Positions 31,679 to 46,270 of a DNA stretch of 64,000 nucleotides are shown here, in pieces. Numbering within the stretch: the stretch's first letter is position 1; each line of letters opens with the position of its first letter. A model generated the notes under the pieces. That model was not told where the DNA came from and searched no databases. It saw only the letters and a program-made list of their open reading frames with translations. The translations under genes were made by a program, and so were the position numbers. The DNA is from the human T2T-CHM13v2.0 reference genome, Homo sapiens. The stretch lies in assembly GCF_009914755.1 (NCBI RefSeq), contig NC_060944.1; one strand, written 5' to 3'.

Positions 31679-32384
31679 ATGTGCTCCTCTTTTATAATAA
31701 CTCACTGAGTGGAGAGTGTGTGTGTGTGTATGTGTGTGTAGCTCATGGAACAGGCTTGTGAACCTGCCCTACTTCACCCTGAGGAAGTTCACCAGATTCT
31801 CATCAGCAGTGCCTGGCCAGCCTTCCACATGTGTCTGGAGCCATTGGCGTCAGTTGGAGGGTTGAATGCTGGTCAGGTGCTGTGTGCTGGTGACCTAGGA
31901 CAGGGTCAGGTGAGGAATGTGAATACTTTTAGGATGGGGCCTTTCCTCCTAGATGTTTCTAGGTGGTGGTTTCCTTATGAAATGACGACACCCCAGAGTC
32001 ATGACCAAAGGCTCATCACAGTCAGCTTGAAGGATGCCCTGTGTCAGCTCCTACTTCTGCCCCACTGTTGGGCTGGCACCTACTTCTTCTGAAAGACACG
32101 CCTCGGGTGTCCCCTCTGCGGTGGCACAAAGTGGCTCTCAGTGAACCTTACAATAATAAATTATAAATTAATAAGTAATTGATAGATTGAATAAATGAAT
32201 GTTTGGAGAGTTCGTCTTTGGTTAGATACATTTTCAATATGGGTTTATCTGTTGATCATTCAGAAATAAAAGCGATATTTAACTGTGTCTCTTATTTGGA
32301 CCCTTAAAGACTCAATCCAGAGGAAGATCAACAGAATCCATGTACAAAGTTTTGAGGTCCCCTAGAGTCTCCATGTTGAAGACT

Positions 32385-32855
32385 GCACTGCCCGACTAAC
32401 ACTGTGGTTAGTGTGACTGAGGAGCTGAATTTGCAAGTTATTTAATTTTAATTTTTTTAATTGGAATTTAAGAACCAATACTCAATTTAGTCATTGGAAA
32501 ACTTCTAAGTATATTTAGAACAAGTTCAGCACATAAATCTACTTTTTCAAATGTAAATTTTATGAAACCTAAATACCAATCAATATTTCTGACGAAACTT
32601 CATCCTAATTGAGATGTGCTTTAAGTGTAAAAGACTTACCGTATTTCTAAGACTTAGTATAAAAAAAGATTATAAAAATGTGAAATACCTCACCAATATT
32701 TTGGAGGTTGATTACATGTTGAAAAGTTAATAATTTGGGTATATTAGGTTACATTTATTATAAATTAGTTTCATCTTTTTTCTTTATTTAATGTGGCTTC
32801 TGGAAAATCTGACATGCCTGTGTGGCTCATGCTATATTTCTAGGTGGTAGTGCTG
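32385..32855. mobile_element. Charlie1/MER33-family hAT element
   Basis: GTGTGACTGAGGAGCTGAATTT...GAGATGTGCTTTAAGTGTAAAA...GATTACATGTTGAAA...TGTGGCTCA..GTGCTG. Confidence 0.8.
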
Positions 32856-33084
32856 CACGATTTGCATGAGGCTGCCATGTTGGGATGCTGTGGTAGATAT
32901 TGACGAATGACCTTGCGCCAACACCAGGGAATCTTTAGTTAAAATTTCACTCTGGAAGCAGGAAGTTTCCTTGGTGGACTGTATTTCTTTGCTTTTTGTC
33001 GGTGTTTGAATGAGAATCAGAAGAGTCTTAAACTTGTGTTATAAAGCAAGATGACACTCATGATCTCAGGAGGGTCACCACAGA

Positions 33085-33290
33085 TTAAGCATTTACAAAG
33101 GGCTGGGCACTGTGCAAGGTATTTTAAATCTTATATAGCATTGTACAGCAACCAACCCTACAAGATAGATTCCATTATTATTCCATTTTACAGAAAGGGA
33201 AAGTGAGGCTCAGGGCAGTTAAGTGATTTGCCCAGGACTCAATGCATAATTTGAATGTATGTTTGTCTAACTCAAACCCTTCCTTCTCTG
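33085..33290 (-). mobile_element. MIR
   Basis: CCATTTTACAGAAAGGGAAAGTGAGGCTCAGGGCAGTTAAGTGATTTGCCCAGG core. Confidence 0.85.
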
Positions 33291-34011
33291 CTGCTCCCAC
33301 TGGAAGAAGGATCCCTTTGAAAGAGGGAGATTAATCAAGTAACCTTATTTGGTGCTTTTTTCTGTTGTGATTCTAGCTATAGAAGCCCAGCTGTTTCTTT
33401 TATGTCACTTATACCTTAGCCTTAGATCAGAGGTTTGGGGTGAGACTGAGTTGGGTTCAAATTACAGAAAGTTGTTTAGCCTTTTGATTTTCAGCTGTGT
33501 CATGTTGTAAAAGGGCTCATCATAGCTACAGCTCTGAGGCAAGAGGGAGTGGATTCATGTGGTCTCTCCATCTCGGTCCTGGCTCATTGCTTTATAGACG
33601 AAGTTCTGCTGATTTACCTCTCATGAGGTCAAAAGATAATTCCCAGAATATAAGTGTATTTCTGTAATAGTCCTACTGTTAAATTTCCATCTCTTAGACT
33701 TTGAAGTTAATGGCCATGAGTGAATTTAAAAGAATATCTAGTTGCTTCAATGCTTAGGTTTTGGAACTTCAGAAGCCTTAGCTTTACTTCTGCCTTTAGC
33801 ATTGAAACAATAAGAAAAACAACTCAGCTACTCAAAACCACACCGAGCAGCACTTCACCAACCCTCCCCCACAGCAGATGGAAGGAAGAGAAGACAGAGC
33901 TGGAGCTGAAAGGCAGCCATGTGGTGAGGTCAGGCACCTCCAGCTTTCCTGAACTCTGTTATCAGAGCAAAGTGAGAGACTCGTTTCAAGAGAAAACCTA
34001 AACTCAACTCA

Positions 34012-34171
34012 ACCCTCCTCTCCTCTCCTCTCCTCTCCTCTCCTCTCCTCTCCTCTCCTCTCCTCTCTTCTCCTCCCCTCCCCTCTTTTCTCTTCCCTCC
34101 CTCCTTTCCTTCCCTCCTTCCTTCCTTCCTTCTTTCCTTTCTCTCTCTTCTTTCCTTCCTTCCTTTCTTTC

Positions 34172-34265
<94 letters not shown>

Positions 34266-34420
34266 TTCTCTCTCTCTCTCCATTTCTTTCTCTCTCTTTC
34301 TTTCTTTCTCTCTCTCTTTCTTTCTTTCTTTCTTTCCTTCCTTCCTTCCTTCCTTCTTTCCTTCCTTCTTTCTTTTTTTTCTTTCTTTCTTCTCTCTTTC
34401 TCTCTCTCTCCCCCCACCTC
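34012..34420. repeat. Compound polypyrimidine STR: (CTCCT)n, (CTTC)n, (CTTT)n, (CT)n
   Basis: ~400 bp almost purely C/T on the + strand. Confidence 0.97.
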
Positions 34421-34679
34421 TTTCTTTTACCACATAAGCCTCAGTATTCATGAGAGCTCCATGGAGACAGAAATCCATCCTTCTCCTATACACACATTTG
34501 GCATGTTTGAGGCAATTTTAGAGGTCACTTCTCCGATCCCACCTTCTACAAGAGGAAAACGAGGCACCACAAGGTTGATGACTGGCCCTGGTGCAGGCTC
34601 ATAGGGGAAGTGGGACCAGAACTTGGGTCTCCTGATCCTCCTGTTGGTGCTCCTTCCTCTGCACCCTTCGGCCTGCATG

Positions 34680-35070
34680 CATGTGCAGGGATGTGTGTGT
34701 GTGAGTGTGTGTGCACGTGCATATGTGTATGTTTGTGTGTTTATGTGAATTTTGAACCATTTGAAAGTGAGCTAAAGATATCATGCACTCTGCCCTGTAA
34801 ATTCTTTGGTATATATTTTCAAAGAACAAGGATATCCCTTTCCATAACCATAATAGTTACCAAATCAGCACATATAACATGGATAAAACACTGTTATTCA
34901 ATCCACAGACTGTATTTAAATTTTGCCATGTTGTTATACTTTATCGTTATGTTCTGTCTCTTCAGTCTGCTTTAACTTTGGCCACTTCCTCAGTATTTTT
35001 TGTCTAACTTAACCTTGGCATTTTTGAGGTGTGCAGACCACTTCATTTTACAGCATATTTGTCCATTTGG
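34680..35070 (-). mobile_element. (GT)n tract followed by an old L1MC-like 3' fragment
   Basis: TTTGAACCATTTGAAAGTGAG...AAGAACAAGGATATCCCTTTCCATAACCA. Confidence 0.6.
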
Positions 35071-35559
35071 CTCTGGTCATTGGAGTATCTAAATAAATAA
35101 TGAGAAGTCCTGGTCCCAGGTATAATGGAGTGAGCACATTTCACTCATCTCTCTCACTGGATGTGGCTATAAAACCTGAACATAAGGCACAGGGTGGCTG
35201 TGAGGACTCTGAAAAGTGACTCAAAAAACAACCAGAATTTAAAGTGCCAAAATTAGTGGTGAATTTACCACTTTTTCCTCTGTTCCTTCCACCCCTTGGC
35301 CTTGGATGCATAGTTACAGAATTGCATGTCAGAACAGTGTTTTAGAAGACCTAAAACAGTACTTGAGGGAACTGGAAAATCATGGGAGGTTATGGAGAGA
35401 GAGGCGCCCAGGAGAGTGGTCCACACAGTTGACATGGGTCTGATGTAATAAGCGTGGGGGATGCTGAGAGCAGAGCAGGAGACAGATCACTGCCTAGGCC
35501 TGGACCAGCTGCTAGGGGCACGTGCCTGTGATAGATGTAAAGAACACTGCCAAGGCTTT

Positions 35560-37262
<1,703 letters not shown>

Positions 37263-38380
37263 CACTGCAAAAGCTTTGAAAAGTGAATTGACAGAACCAC
37301 AGCTCTCAGGTGGTGAATTGGAACAGTTGCCTAATTTTATCAGGTCAATTTGCCACTAAAACAAAAATATTAACATTCTGTATGGAATTAAAGCAAGATC
37401 CTGAGTTTTGTAACACAAGAAATAAAATGTCTAAGATTCACTTCAAAATTACTCATCATATGAAGAATGAGGAAAATCTGTGCTTGCAAGGGTAGACAGT
37501 CAACAGATGACAACACACAGATGCTGGAACTGACTGACAAAGGTTTTAAAGCAGCTACTATAAAAATGCCCCAAGAAGCAATTGTGAACACTATTGAAAT
37601 AAGGGGAAAAATAGAAAGTCTCAGCAAACAAATAGAAGCTATAAGAAGACCTAAACTCAATAAAAGGGCTTAATAGCAGTAAGGAGAAGAAAGACAAAAG
37701 TCAGTAAAATTGAAGATAGACAAAAAAAAAATTATCTAATCTGAACAACACAGAAAATTTTAGAGAAGAAAAAAAAGAGAGCCTCATGGGCTGTGGGACA
37801 ATAATGAAAAGTCTAATATTCATGTCATCAGAGTAAAAAAAGACAGGAGAAAGAGTCTGGTGTAGAAAAGTATTTGAAGAAACAATGAGTGAAAACTTTT
37901 CGCATTGGTAAAGAGAAAAATGTAAAGATTGAAGAAGCTAAGCAAACCCAACGCATAATAAACCCAAATAAATCAATGCCTAGATACATTGTAATTAAAG
38001 TTCTAAATATAAAAGACAAAGAAAAACCTGGAAAACATCCAGGGGAAAATGATTAAGTACTGGGTTATTTGAGAAACCATGAAGACCAGAAGGAAGTGAC
38101 ACAAGTTTTCAAATGCTGAAAGAAAAGTCTTATCAAACCAGGATTTTATATTCAACAAAAAATTCCTTCAGGAATGAAGGATTAACAAAGATATAGTCAA
38201 ATGAGGGAAAACTAAGAGAGTTTATTGCCATCAGACCTGTGCTAAAAGAATTGCTTAAAAAAATTCTTCAGACAGAAGGGAAATGATAAGAAATGGAACT
38301 TGGAACTTCAAAAATAAAAGAAGATCAACAGAAATAGCCACATAAATAGAGTAGACTATTTTTCTCCTTTTGAGTTCTTT

Positions 38381-38792
38381 TTTCCTTTTTTCTATTTGTG
38401 TAAATTTAGGGAGTACAAGCACAGTTTTGTTACATGGATACTTTGCATAGTGGTAAAACCTGAGCTTTTAATGTAACCACCACCCAAACAATGTCATTTG
38501 TACACCTTAAGTAATTTCTCATCCCTCACCCTCTTCCTACTCTTCCTCCCTTCCAAGTATTCAGCCTTTATTATTCCACACTCTATGTCCATGTGTACAC
38601 CTTTTTAAGGCCCTATTTATAAGTGAGAACATGTGGTAGTATATAACTATATTCCATGGAATGCTACTCAGCCATAAAAAAAGAGTGAAATCATGTCTTT
38701 TGCAGCAACATGGGTGGAACTAGAGACCATTATCTTAAATCAAATAACTCAGAAACAGAAAGCCAAATACTACCACGTGTTCTCACTTATAA
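38381..38792 (-). mobile_element. L1MA 3' end with inverted 5' portion (38650-38792 on +)
   Basis: Antisense 3'UTR to 38642, then sense ORF2 end (MSFAATWVELETIILNQITQKQKAKY). Confidence 0.85.
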
Positions 38793-39005
38793 GGAGAGCA
38801 GAGGAAGACAGATTACCCCAAGAATCTAGGATATGGGTGCAAAAGAAAGGATGGAATCTTCAACTCCAAAATGCAGCATCACCCTGTTTTATCTAAGTTA
38901 TCTAGTTTACCAGCCTGGAGTTATCTGTAGTATGTGATAGTATAGTATAGCATACATTTTCCCCCTTTTAGTATCTACATGGTTTGTAATGATTTCCCCT
39001 CTTTC

Positions 39006-39440
39006 ATTCTTGGGGTAATCTGTCTTCCTCTACTCTCCTGACACATACTTTGGGCAGATCCCACCTCTAGGTACAGAATGTGATTGGCAATTCCTGTGGA
39101 CCAATCTGAGCATTGCTTTCACTTGGCTGTCCTGATTGCTTTGAATGGAGAGAGTAAGGCGCATCAGGCAGATACAAAGCATTTTGCTGAGATTACTGGC
39201 ACTATATAAACCCTGCACTCCCAGGGAGCAGTAGAAATCTTGAGAATGGATCCATTAGAGTGTAAGGCAGACGTTAAAGATGGAGAAACCAACTTCTAAT
39301 GACAGCTTGGAGCATCTGGATCTAGTCCCAGACTTTTTAGTTATGTGAGTCAATACTGTCATTATTTTTTCTCTTTACTTTTTAATTAAATCAGTGAATT
39401 GGATTTTCAGTTAATAGCAACCACCAGTCTTAAATGATAT
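39006..39440 (+). mobile_element. Old MaLR LTR (MLT1J/K/L-like)
   Basis: TGTGATTGG..CCAATCTGAGC...GACTTTTTAGTTATGTGAGTCAATA...GCAACCA; degenerate. Confidence 0.5.
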
Positions 39441-39799
39441 GATAGCCTATGCTTTGTTAGGTTTTGTTGAATGTATAAGTCTCTCAGTGTTGGTATTAGA
39501 ATCCATTATTTTCCACGTGTAGTGGTTAGATTTTACTAATGATGTGTATTCCATAGTCTTACTTCTGCAACTATTTTTATAGATAAAAGGCTTTAAACCT
39601 TTTAAAAGAGTAGTATCCGTTTTCCGTTTTGTTTAAAAACAGAACAAAGACATAAAAACAGATAATGGTATGAGTACTGCAGTTGAAATGCAATTAGGGA
39701 TTCTTTAGCCTACTTGGTCTTTACACCTCTTGCCCTGTTCCCCATCCCTATGTGGCATCACAAGAAATCTTACAGCCTGAAAAATATGGAACATAAAAC

Positions 39800-39928
39800 A
39801 CTGTTCTGTCATTTATCATACAAACAGGGTCAATTTCTAGAATAAAAGAAGACATTCTTAATAAATTTATTCTGGGAAAAAGTCTTAAACGGGTGATACC
39901 AGGAAAATTGGGACATACGGTTATCCTG
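39800..39928 (-). mobile_element. MER94 (hAT-Blackjack)
   Basis: Reverse complement begins CAGGATAACCGTATGTCCCAATTTTCCTGG, like MER94. Confidence 0.7.
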
Positions 39929-39959
39929 GTTCTATACCACAAGAGTTGAAATGAGAGGA

Positions 39960-40190
39960 AAGTATGGTTAAGTGAGAAGAAATGGATTCCAGCCCCATTT
40001 CTATCATCCACGAGCTGTGTATTCTTAAAAAGTTACTCAACCTCTCTGAGCTTCAGTTTTCTTCATTAGTGTGTCAGAGAGAATAGTAATTACTACCTCA
40101 CTGGAGGTTGTTGTAGGGTCGTAGTTATGAAAGGTCATAGTTATGAAAGATCATAGTTATGAAAGTGCTTTGTCAACCATAAGACACAAT
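39960..40190 (+). mobile_element. MIR with an internal 16-bp triplication
   Basis: AGTTACTCAACCTCTCTGAGCTTCAGTTTTCTTCAT core. Confidence 0.8.
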
Positions 40191-41989
40191 GTTACTAGTG
40201 GCTTTTATTGTATGAACTAACCAATCTAATTATGATGACTCTAACAATGTGGTTGTACTTAACTTTACACAATAGATGAATTCTCAGAAAAAAAGTTGAG
40301 TATGAATGATTTTGTAAATTGTCTCTTACTTAAAAAGCTCACATGAGACAAAATTGTCTGAGAAATTCTTCTATAAAGTTCAGAATTATTTTGTAGAATA
40401 AAAGTTACCCCATGCTTATATCTTATATATTAGAATTTGCTTTTAAGCAAAACATATCCCTAATGTCTTCAAGGATTTGTCTCTCCAGCTAAATGTGGAG
40501 AATGAGGCATTTCATAAATGTTAGATTACCTGGCCAGGATGCAAGCTGGGGCTAGGGTTGGAGCAGGAGGCCCTTTTCGGGGCCCAATATGGCCATGAAA
40601 AAAAAAAAGACAACATAAATTCTTGCAAAGCAGGACCCTGTCGGTTTAATTTATTTCACATTTGCCCTGGAAGCACGAGGCTCCAGTGGGCTAATGAGTA
40701 CGAGATGCTGTTACAGACGAGAGGCAACCTATGCATGCTGCTTGTATGACTGGCACCCAAATAGGCTTGCTGGGTTGGTGCACTGTCAGGTTTCCAATTC
40801 TTTCGATGTGTCTGTAGCCTTGGTCTGGCCAGGTCTGCCTTGTCCTCCTGGATGGACATTTAGGAAATGCATCCTAACCCCATCAGCACAGTCATGCACT
40901 GGTCTTCTTTTCCCATATGTGTGTGCCGCCATCTGGGACAACTTACCCATTGTCTGTTAGGGCCTTTGATGCTTGATTATAGGGAAAGAGGAAAACATCA
41001 GCTACAATAGAGCAATCTGTTCTGTTTGGGACATCTTACAATCTTTTTTCCTCCTTTTCTTTTTTTCAATGCACATATTTTTGATCATCTTCACATAGGG
41101 ATGTATATTGGTAATGGAATGTATTCTAGAATTCTTTCTCTTGAAAGGAATGAAGCTCTCCATTTACCCTGTGCTCATAAAATAGTTTTGCAAATATGAT
41201 CTTGCTGATAAAACACTTATTCCACTTCTCTTGTCCTCTTTTTGCTTACAGACTGCCAAAAGAATCTAAGATTTCAAAGCATAAATGCTGATAACATAGT
41301 TTTTTCATTGCTTTTGCTCTGTATTTCCGCAGAGCTTATTGTTTGTTGTTTTCAGTGGTAAAACTTTCATCTTCAACAATAGTTAGATTAATTTAAAAAC
41401 ATCTTTACAATGGTATATTGTAATAGATATTAGCAAATTTCTTGGAGAAATGTTGTATTCAAATAGAACCAAATCTATACTGTACTGTTAAGTGTATGTG
41501 TTAAGGTTGACTAAGTTCCAAGGTCATATATACTTTGTAATTTTATTTTGGTAGAAAAATAATAACTAAAGTGATGTACACCAAATAATTACAAGTCATG
41601 GTCTCTGTGGGATAGAACCACAAAATGTTTTTCTTTCTTTCCCTTCTTCTTTTTTTGCTCTCTCTCTTTCCTCTCCTTCTGTTTGCTTATTTGCATTTTT
41701 GAATTATTTTATAACAAAATTGCATGACATTTGTAATAAATCCCACTCTATAAAATAAGTTTAAAAACATAAAGGAAAGTTTGACAGTCTATGAACTTAA
41801 TCTCCACCCAGAAATGGAGTGCTGTAGTAAGGCCCACTCAAGATAACGATGGCAATGGGAAGCTGGAGTGACAGATGGCACACGATGGCAAACAGCCCAT
41901 ACACGTTAGTGCTTTCTGTGGAAAATAATTTTGTATATATATAAATATCTTTTATAATTTAGGAATTTCCACATTATTAAGTCAGGATA

Positions 41990-42447
41990 GCCAGTATAGC
42001 AGAGATACAGGTGTCCAATATCCCTTTCATCCTTCTTCCTTTAGTAATAGTTTATCTGAGTGTATACTGAGTGTGGTCCCTTGTCCAAAGGAACCTTTAA
42101 AGTGGTGGTGGTCACATGCTAAACTTATAGTCAGAGGTATGTGAATGGCGATGGTGGATATCACCTCTCAGTCATGCTCATATCTTTCCTTCTGTCCCTT
42201 GTGCTCTGCACATGGCAGTGGGTGCTGAAGCAGCCACATGAGACCAGGAGGTGCAATCTAATCATTGAGGACAGCAAAGCGAGAACTAATGAAGTTGAGT
42301 CATTGATGCTGTTGAGCCACCACATCAGTTCAGAATTGCCTAAGCCTGTGTATTTAAGCAAGCAAGAAAGAAATCTTATCTTGTTTAAGTCACCATTGGT
42401 AGGGTTTTTTTTTTGTTATAACCATTGAATCTACATCCTAATAATAG
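41990..42447 (+). mobile_element. MLT1I/J-like MaLR LTR
   Basis: TCTTATCTTGTTTAAGTCACCATT...TGTTATA...CATCCTAATAATA end; GTGGTCACATG. Confidence 0.65.
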
Positions 42448-42524
42448 TATATTATATTACTATAATTTTACAGTATATAATAATATAATTTTATAACATA
42501 ATATGTAGATAGACATAGATAAAT

Positions 42525-42736
42525 ATATGGATGGATGGATCTATAGATAGATTGATGAATGAAGGGAAAGGTGGATGGATAGATGAATGAATGGATGAAT
42601 GGGTAAGTGGATGGATAGGTAGATGGATGACAGATGAATAAATGGTGGATGAATGGATGGATAGATGGATGGATGGATGGATGGATGGATAGATGAATGT
42701 ATGATTAGATAGGTGGATGAATGGACAGATGGATGG
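42525..42736. repeat. (GATG)n degenerate microsatellite, continuing at 43090-43130
   Basis: Direct inspection. Confidence 0.9.
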
Positions 42737-43089
42737 TGATATGGTTTGGCTGTGTCCTCATACAAATCTCAACTTGAATTGTTTCTCCTGGAATTCCCAC
42801 ATGTTGTGGGATGGACCCAGGGGGAGGTAATTGAATCATGGGGCCAGTCTTTTCCTTGCTATTCTTGTGATAGTGAATACGTCTCATGAGATCTTATGGA
42901 TTTATCAGGGGTTTCCACTTTTGTTTCTTCCTCATTTTTCCTTGCCGCTGCCACGTAAGAAGTGCCTTTTGCCTCCTGCTATGATTCTGAGGCCTCCCCA
43001 GCCCTGTGGAACTGTAAGTCCAGTTAAAGCTCTTTTTGTTCCCAGTTTTGGTCATGTCTTTATCAGCAGTGTGAAAATGAACTAATACG
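42737..43089 (+). mobile_element. THE1A solo LTR
   Basis: TGATATGGTTTGGCTGTGTCC...ACTAATAC(G); 5-bp TSD GATGG at 42732-42736 and 43090-43094. Confidence 0.92.
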
Positions 43090-44664
43090 GATGGATAGAA
43101 GGGTGGAGGGATAGATGGATAGAATGGGTGGACTCAATCTTGTTGCCCTTCTTTTTCTTCACCCCGTTTCTCTACCCTCTGCAGGAAGAGCCCACCTTAC
43201 TTCTCAGTCTAAGAAAGTGGCAAGCACTGCTGGGCTCTTTCCACACCTGTAGTTCCTCAGTTTTCTGAAACATAGGTTGTGTGTTTCTAATCTGGCAAAG
43301 ACTTGAAGGAAAAAAAATCCTTTTTAAAGTCATTGTAAACAGATATTACTTTTATTTCAGCAATTTGCCTTGGTAAAATTCGGGAATTGAAATGTAAATA
43401 ACCGGTTATGTACAAATTTGACTGGTTTTGGGGCCAAACCTGTATAGCTGGTAGCCTGCACGGATTCCATGAGGGTTACTTCCTGTGCCAGTCCAAGTGC
43501 ACAGCACAGGGCAGAGCATTATGAACACATAAAAACAAGGGAAAAGTCAGAGAGAGGGAAACTGAACAGTGAAGATGCAGAGGAGTAAGAGAGTCCTGGG
43601 AGCAAGTAACCAGAGAGGGAGTTGCGGCAGCATTCAGCCTAGAGGGCATGATAGGCCAAGGCATAGAGATAGGAAGTGTTGAACACTGGACGCTGTGACA
43701 GTGAGGGCAGCTGGCCTGGCTGAAGGAAGAGTTTATGTGGGAAGTGGAAGGAAAAGTCCCTAGAAGGCTGAAGGCAGGTATTGAGCCACCACGGATAGAC
43801 AGAGGATGCCACCTGAATATTATTTCTTCTATATATCAGGACTGTAGCTCTGTTAAATAGATTCCAAAACTCTTGTTTTCATGCAGATATCTTTTTGGAA
43901 TTGTGATAGAACATGAGGCTATAAAATTCCAAGCCAAGTGTTCTAAAATCCTCAAGACCATATACAGACTAAGCTTTGTGTACATGGTGTCAAAACAGGC
44001 AGGTCAAACCACTTTATTGCTTGCATAGCAGACACAGCCAGGAAGCTTCCCAGCCAGGAAGCAAAAATCATAAGCTGTTTTTCTATTCCTTTTCCTGCAT
44101 AGCATGGTGGCTGGAGTTCTAGTTCTCATTTAAGTTCCTCCTACTTAACTGGTGGAATCCAAGTAATTGATCCAGTATCATCTATCACCACCCTTCTTGT
44201 CCTTGTGCTCTGCCAGGTTGCTGAGGGAGTGTCACATCATCCCAAAGACTGTAGTCCCAGACCTGCTGTGCAGAGGCTCCAAAACCATGCTCTGACTGGG
44301 CTTTCACCTGATTGCCAAAGGGGCTTTCTCTCCCTCGCTGAAGAATGTGCCTCCTTTTTCCTCCTTCCTTCTGACCGACAAAGGAAGCCCCTTTCTGATC
44401 ATTAAATGGCTCTGTTAAATTATACCCTTTAGGGCATTTTGTTTTTGCTGGGTGAGGGAGCAGGGGTAGTCTTTTTCTCTCTTTCCAAATAACGGCAAGG
44501 GCAGTTCCTCAATGTCCTGAAGCTTCCACTGACATTTGGACCCTAGGTCTCTTCTCTCTAGATTGAGCAACAGATGTGACCTATGTTTTGTAGGGTTTCA
44601 CCATGCAGATAATGTACTAACCTTACTTACACAAAACCACATTTTTATTTGTGTACTTTTTGAT

Positions 44665-44848
44665 TGGTTGTCTCAGTAGGCATCAGATCACTTGTTGCGG
44701 CGTGTTGGGGGGAGCTTGTTGATGCACAGATAGTGGGGTTCCATCGCCAGGGTTTCTGGTTCAGAAGGTCTGGTGTGGAGACTGAGAATTTGCATTTCTA
44801 ACAAGTTCCTGGGTGAACTGCAGAATTACATTTTAAGAACAACTGTTT
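44665..44848. mobile_element. MER5A
   Basis: GAGAATTTGCATTTCTAACAAGTTCCTGGGTGA. Confidence 0.8.
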
Positions 44849-46039
44849 GGAGCACCCTTGCCTTAATAATGCTGCAGAGACTTTCTGGGCTGGTCCAGGT
44901 GTCTTGTGGCTCCGCTTCTGCTGTGTCAATTTTTGAACAGCATGTGGAGGAAAGATGCCCTCTCCAGGGTGTGGTGAGGAGTGAGGACAATGTGGGCATG
45001 TCTGAGCTGTAGTGGGCATGGGTGATTCAGCAAGGACTGACTGGACAACAGTGTCCCTTCTTGAGAGCATCCCAGCAGGCTAGGCAGCAGAGCTATTAAA
45101 TAAAAATCCGTAGGAAACATTGACATTGGATCCCTCCTGAATGTTTGTTCTACAAATGTGGAATGTTTGTCTCATCCAGAAACCTCAAAATTACTTTGCC
45201 ATTAACACCTGTGTGAGTGGCAGGGCTTGCATCATTAAGATTGCCGGAGGAAAACGCTGCCTCACCTTGGCCGAAGGAAGCATTAAAAATTAATGAGGTA
45301 TCAGTACTCACAGTTTGATAAACTACAAAACACCTCCTTATGCCTCCACTTTTTCAGTTGCCTAAGCCTCTGATACATCTATATAAGACATTTTAGAAGA
45401 CCAAATGTCAACTGTAGAGCTATGAATGTCAACAGAAAAATGAAAAAGAGAAAAAAAATTTGCATTTTTTTTGCAGAGGATTGTGAAAATACTATGACAT
45501 ATTTTATATTTTTTATTTGAAGGGTCATGTGGTTCAGACCACACATGGGTATTTGCACTTGCTGCTTGTACCAAGTGAATCAGATGGGATGGTAAGAGTA
45601 ATTTCTTGGAATGTTTTAGCAGCAGTGAGGGTTACAGGCAGATGACCTGGGAGCTAGTCTCTGCTGTTTACTCCTCTGGCTCTGAGATGCCTTCAGGAAA
45701 GTTCTGTGTTGTGACATTCTAGAGACAGCTTGCCTCTAGAATACTGTGACATGCCACCTGGAAGTTTTGTAGGTCTGGAAATATTCACAACGTGTGCACA
45801 TTCAGCATTAGACTGTATGTGGCCGTTCTCTCTGTCATAAGGGAGTATATGCAAAAACTCTCAGATGTCTTTGTTCTGCTCTGTGGTCTGGGCTGGGACA
45901 ATTTTGATGAGCTGGCAGCCTAATGTTTTCTTGATTCTTATTTATAGCTCAAATCTCTTTATGGGTGCTCTTCAGGGGTATCTTTTCAGGGTTCTTGGTC
46001 AGCTGGTAAGTGTTACAATAATATCTCTTTTGAATATGT

Positions 46040-46270
46040 AACTATTATGCATTATATGTGGCTGCTATTAAGATGGATACTAATTATTGTTCTCAGATCT
46101 TTTCAAATATGAGCTCATTTACTCCTCAAGGCAATCCAATGAAGTCAGTGCCATTTTTATCACCATTTTACAGATGAGGAAACTGAGGCACTATCTGTAA
46201 CTTGCCCAAGGTCACACAGCTGGTAAGTGGCATACCCAAGGCTAGAACCCATGCTCTTAACTACTACATG
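46040..46270 (-). mobile_element. MIR
   Basis: CCATTTTACAGATGAGGAAACTGAGGCAC...CTTGCCCAAGGTCACACAGCT. Confidence 0.9.

Noticed and set aside
33930-34493. 187-aa and 137-aa K/E/R-rich ORFs
   Set aside because: Translation of the purine strand of a microsatellite, which has no stop codons.
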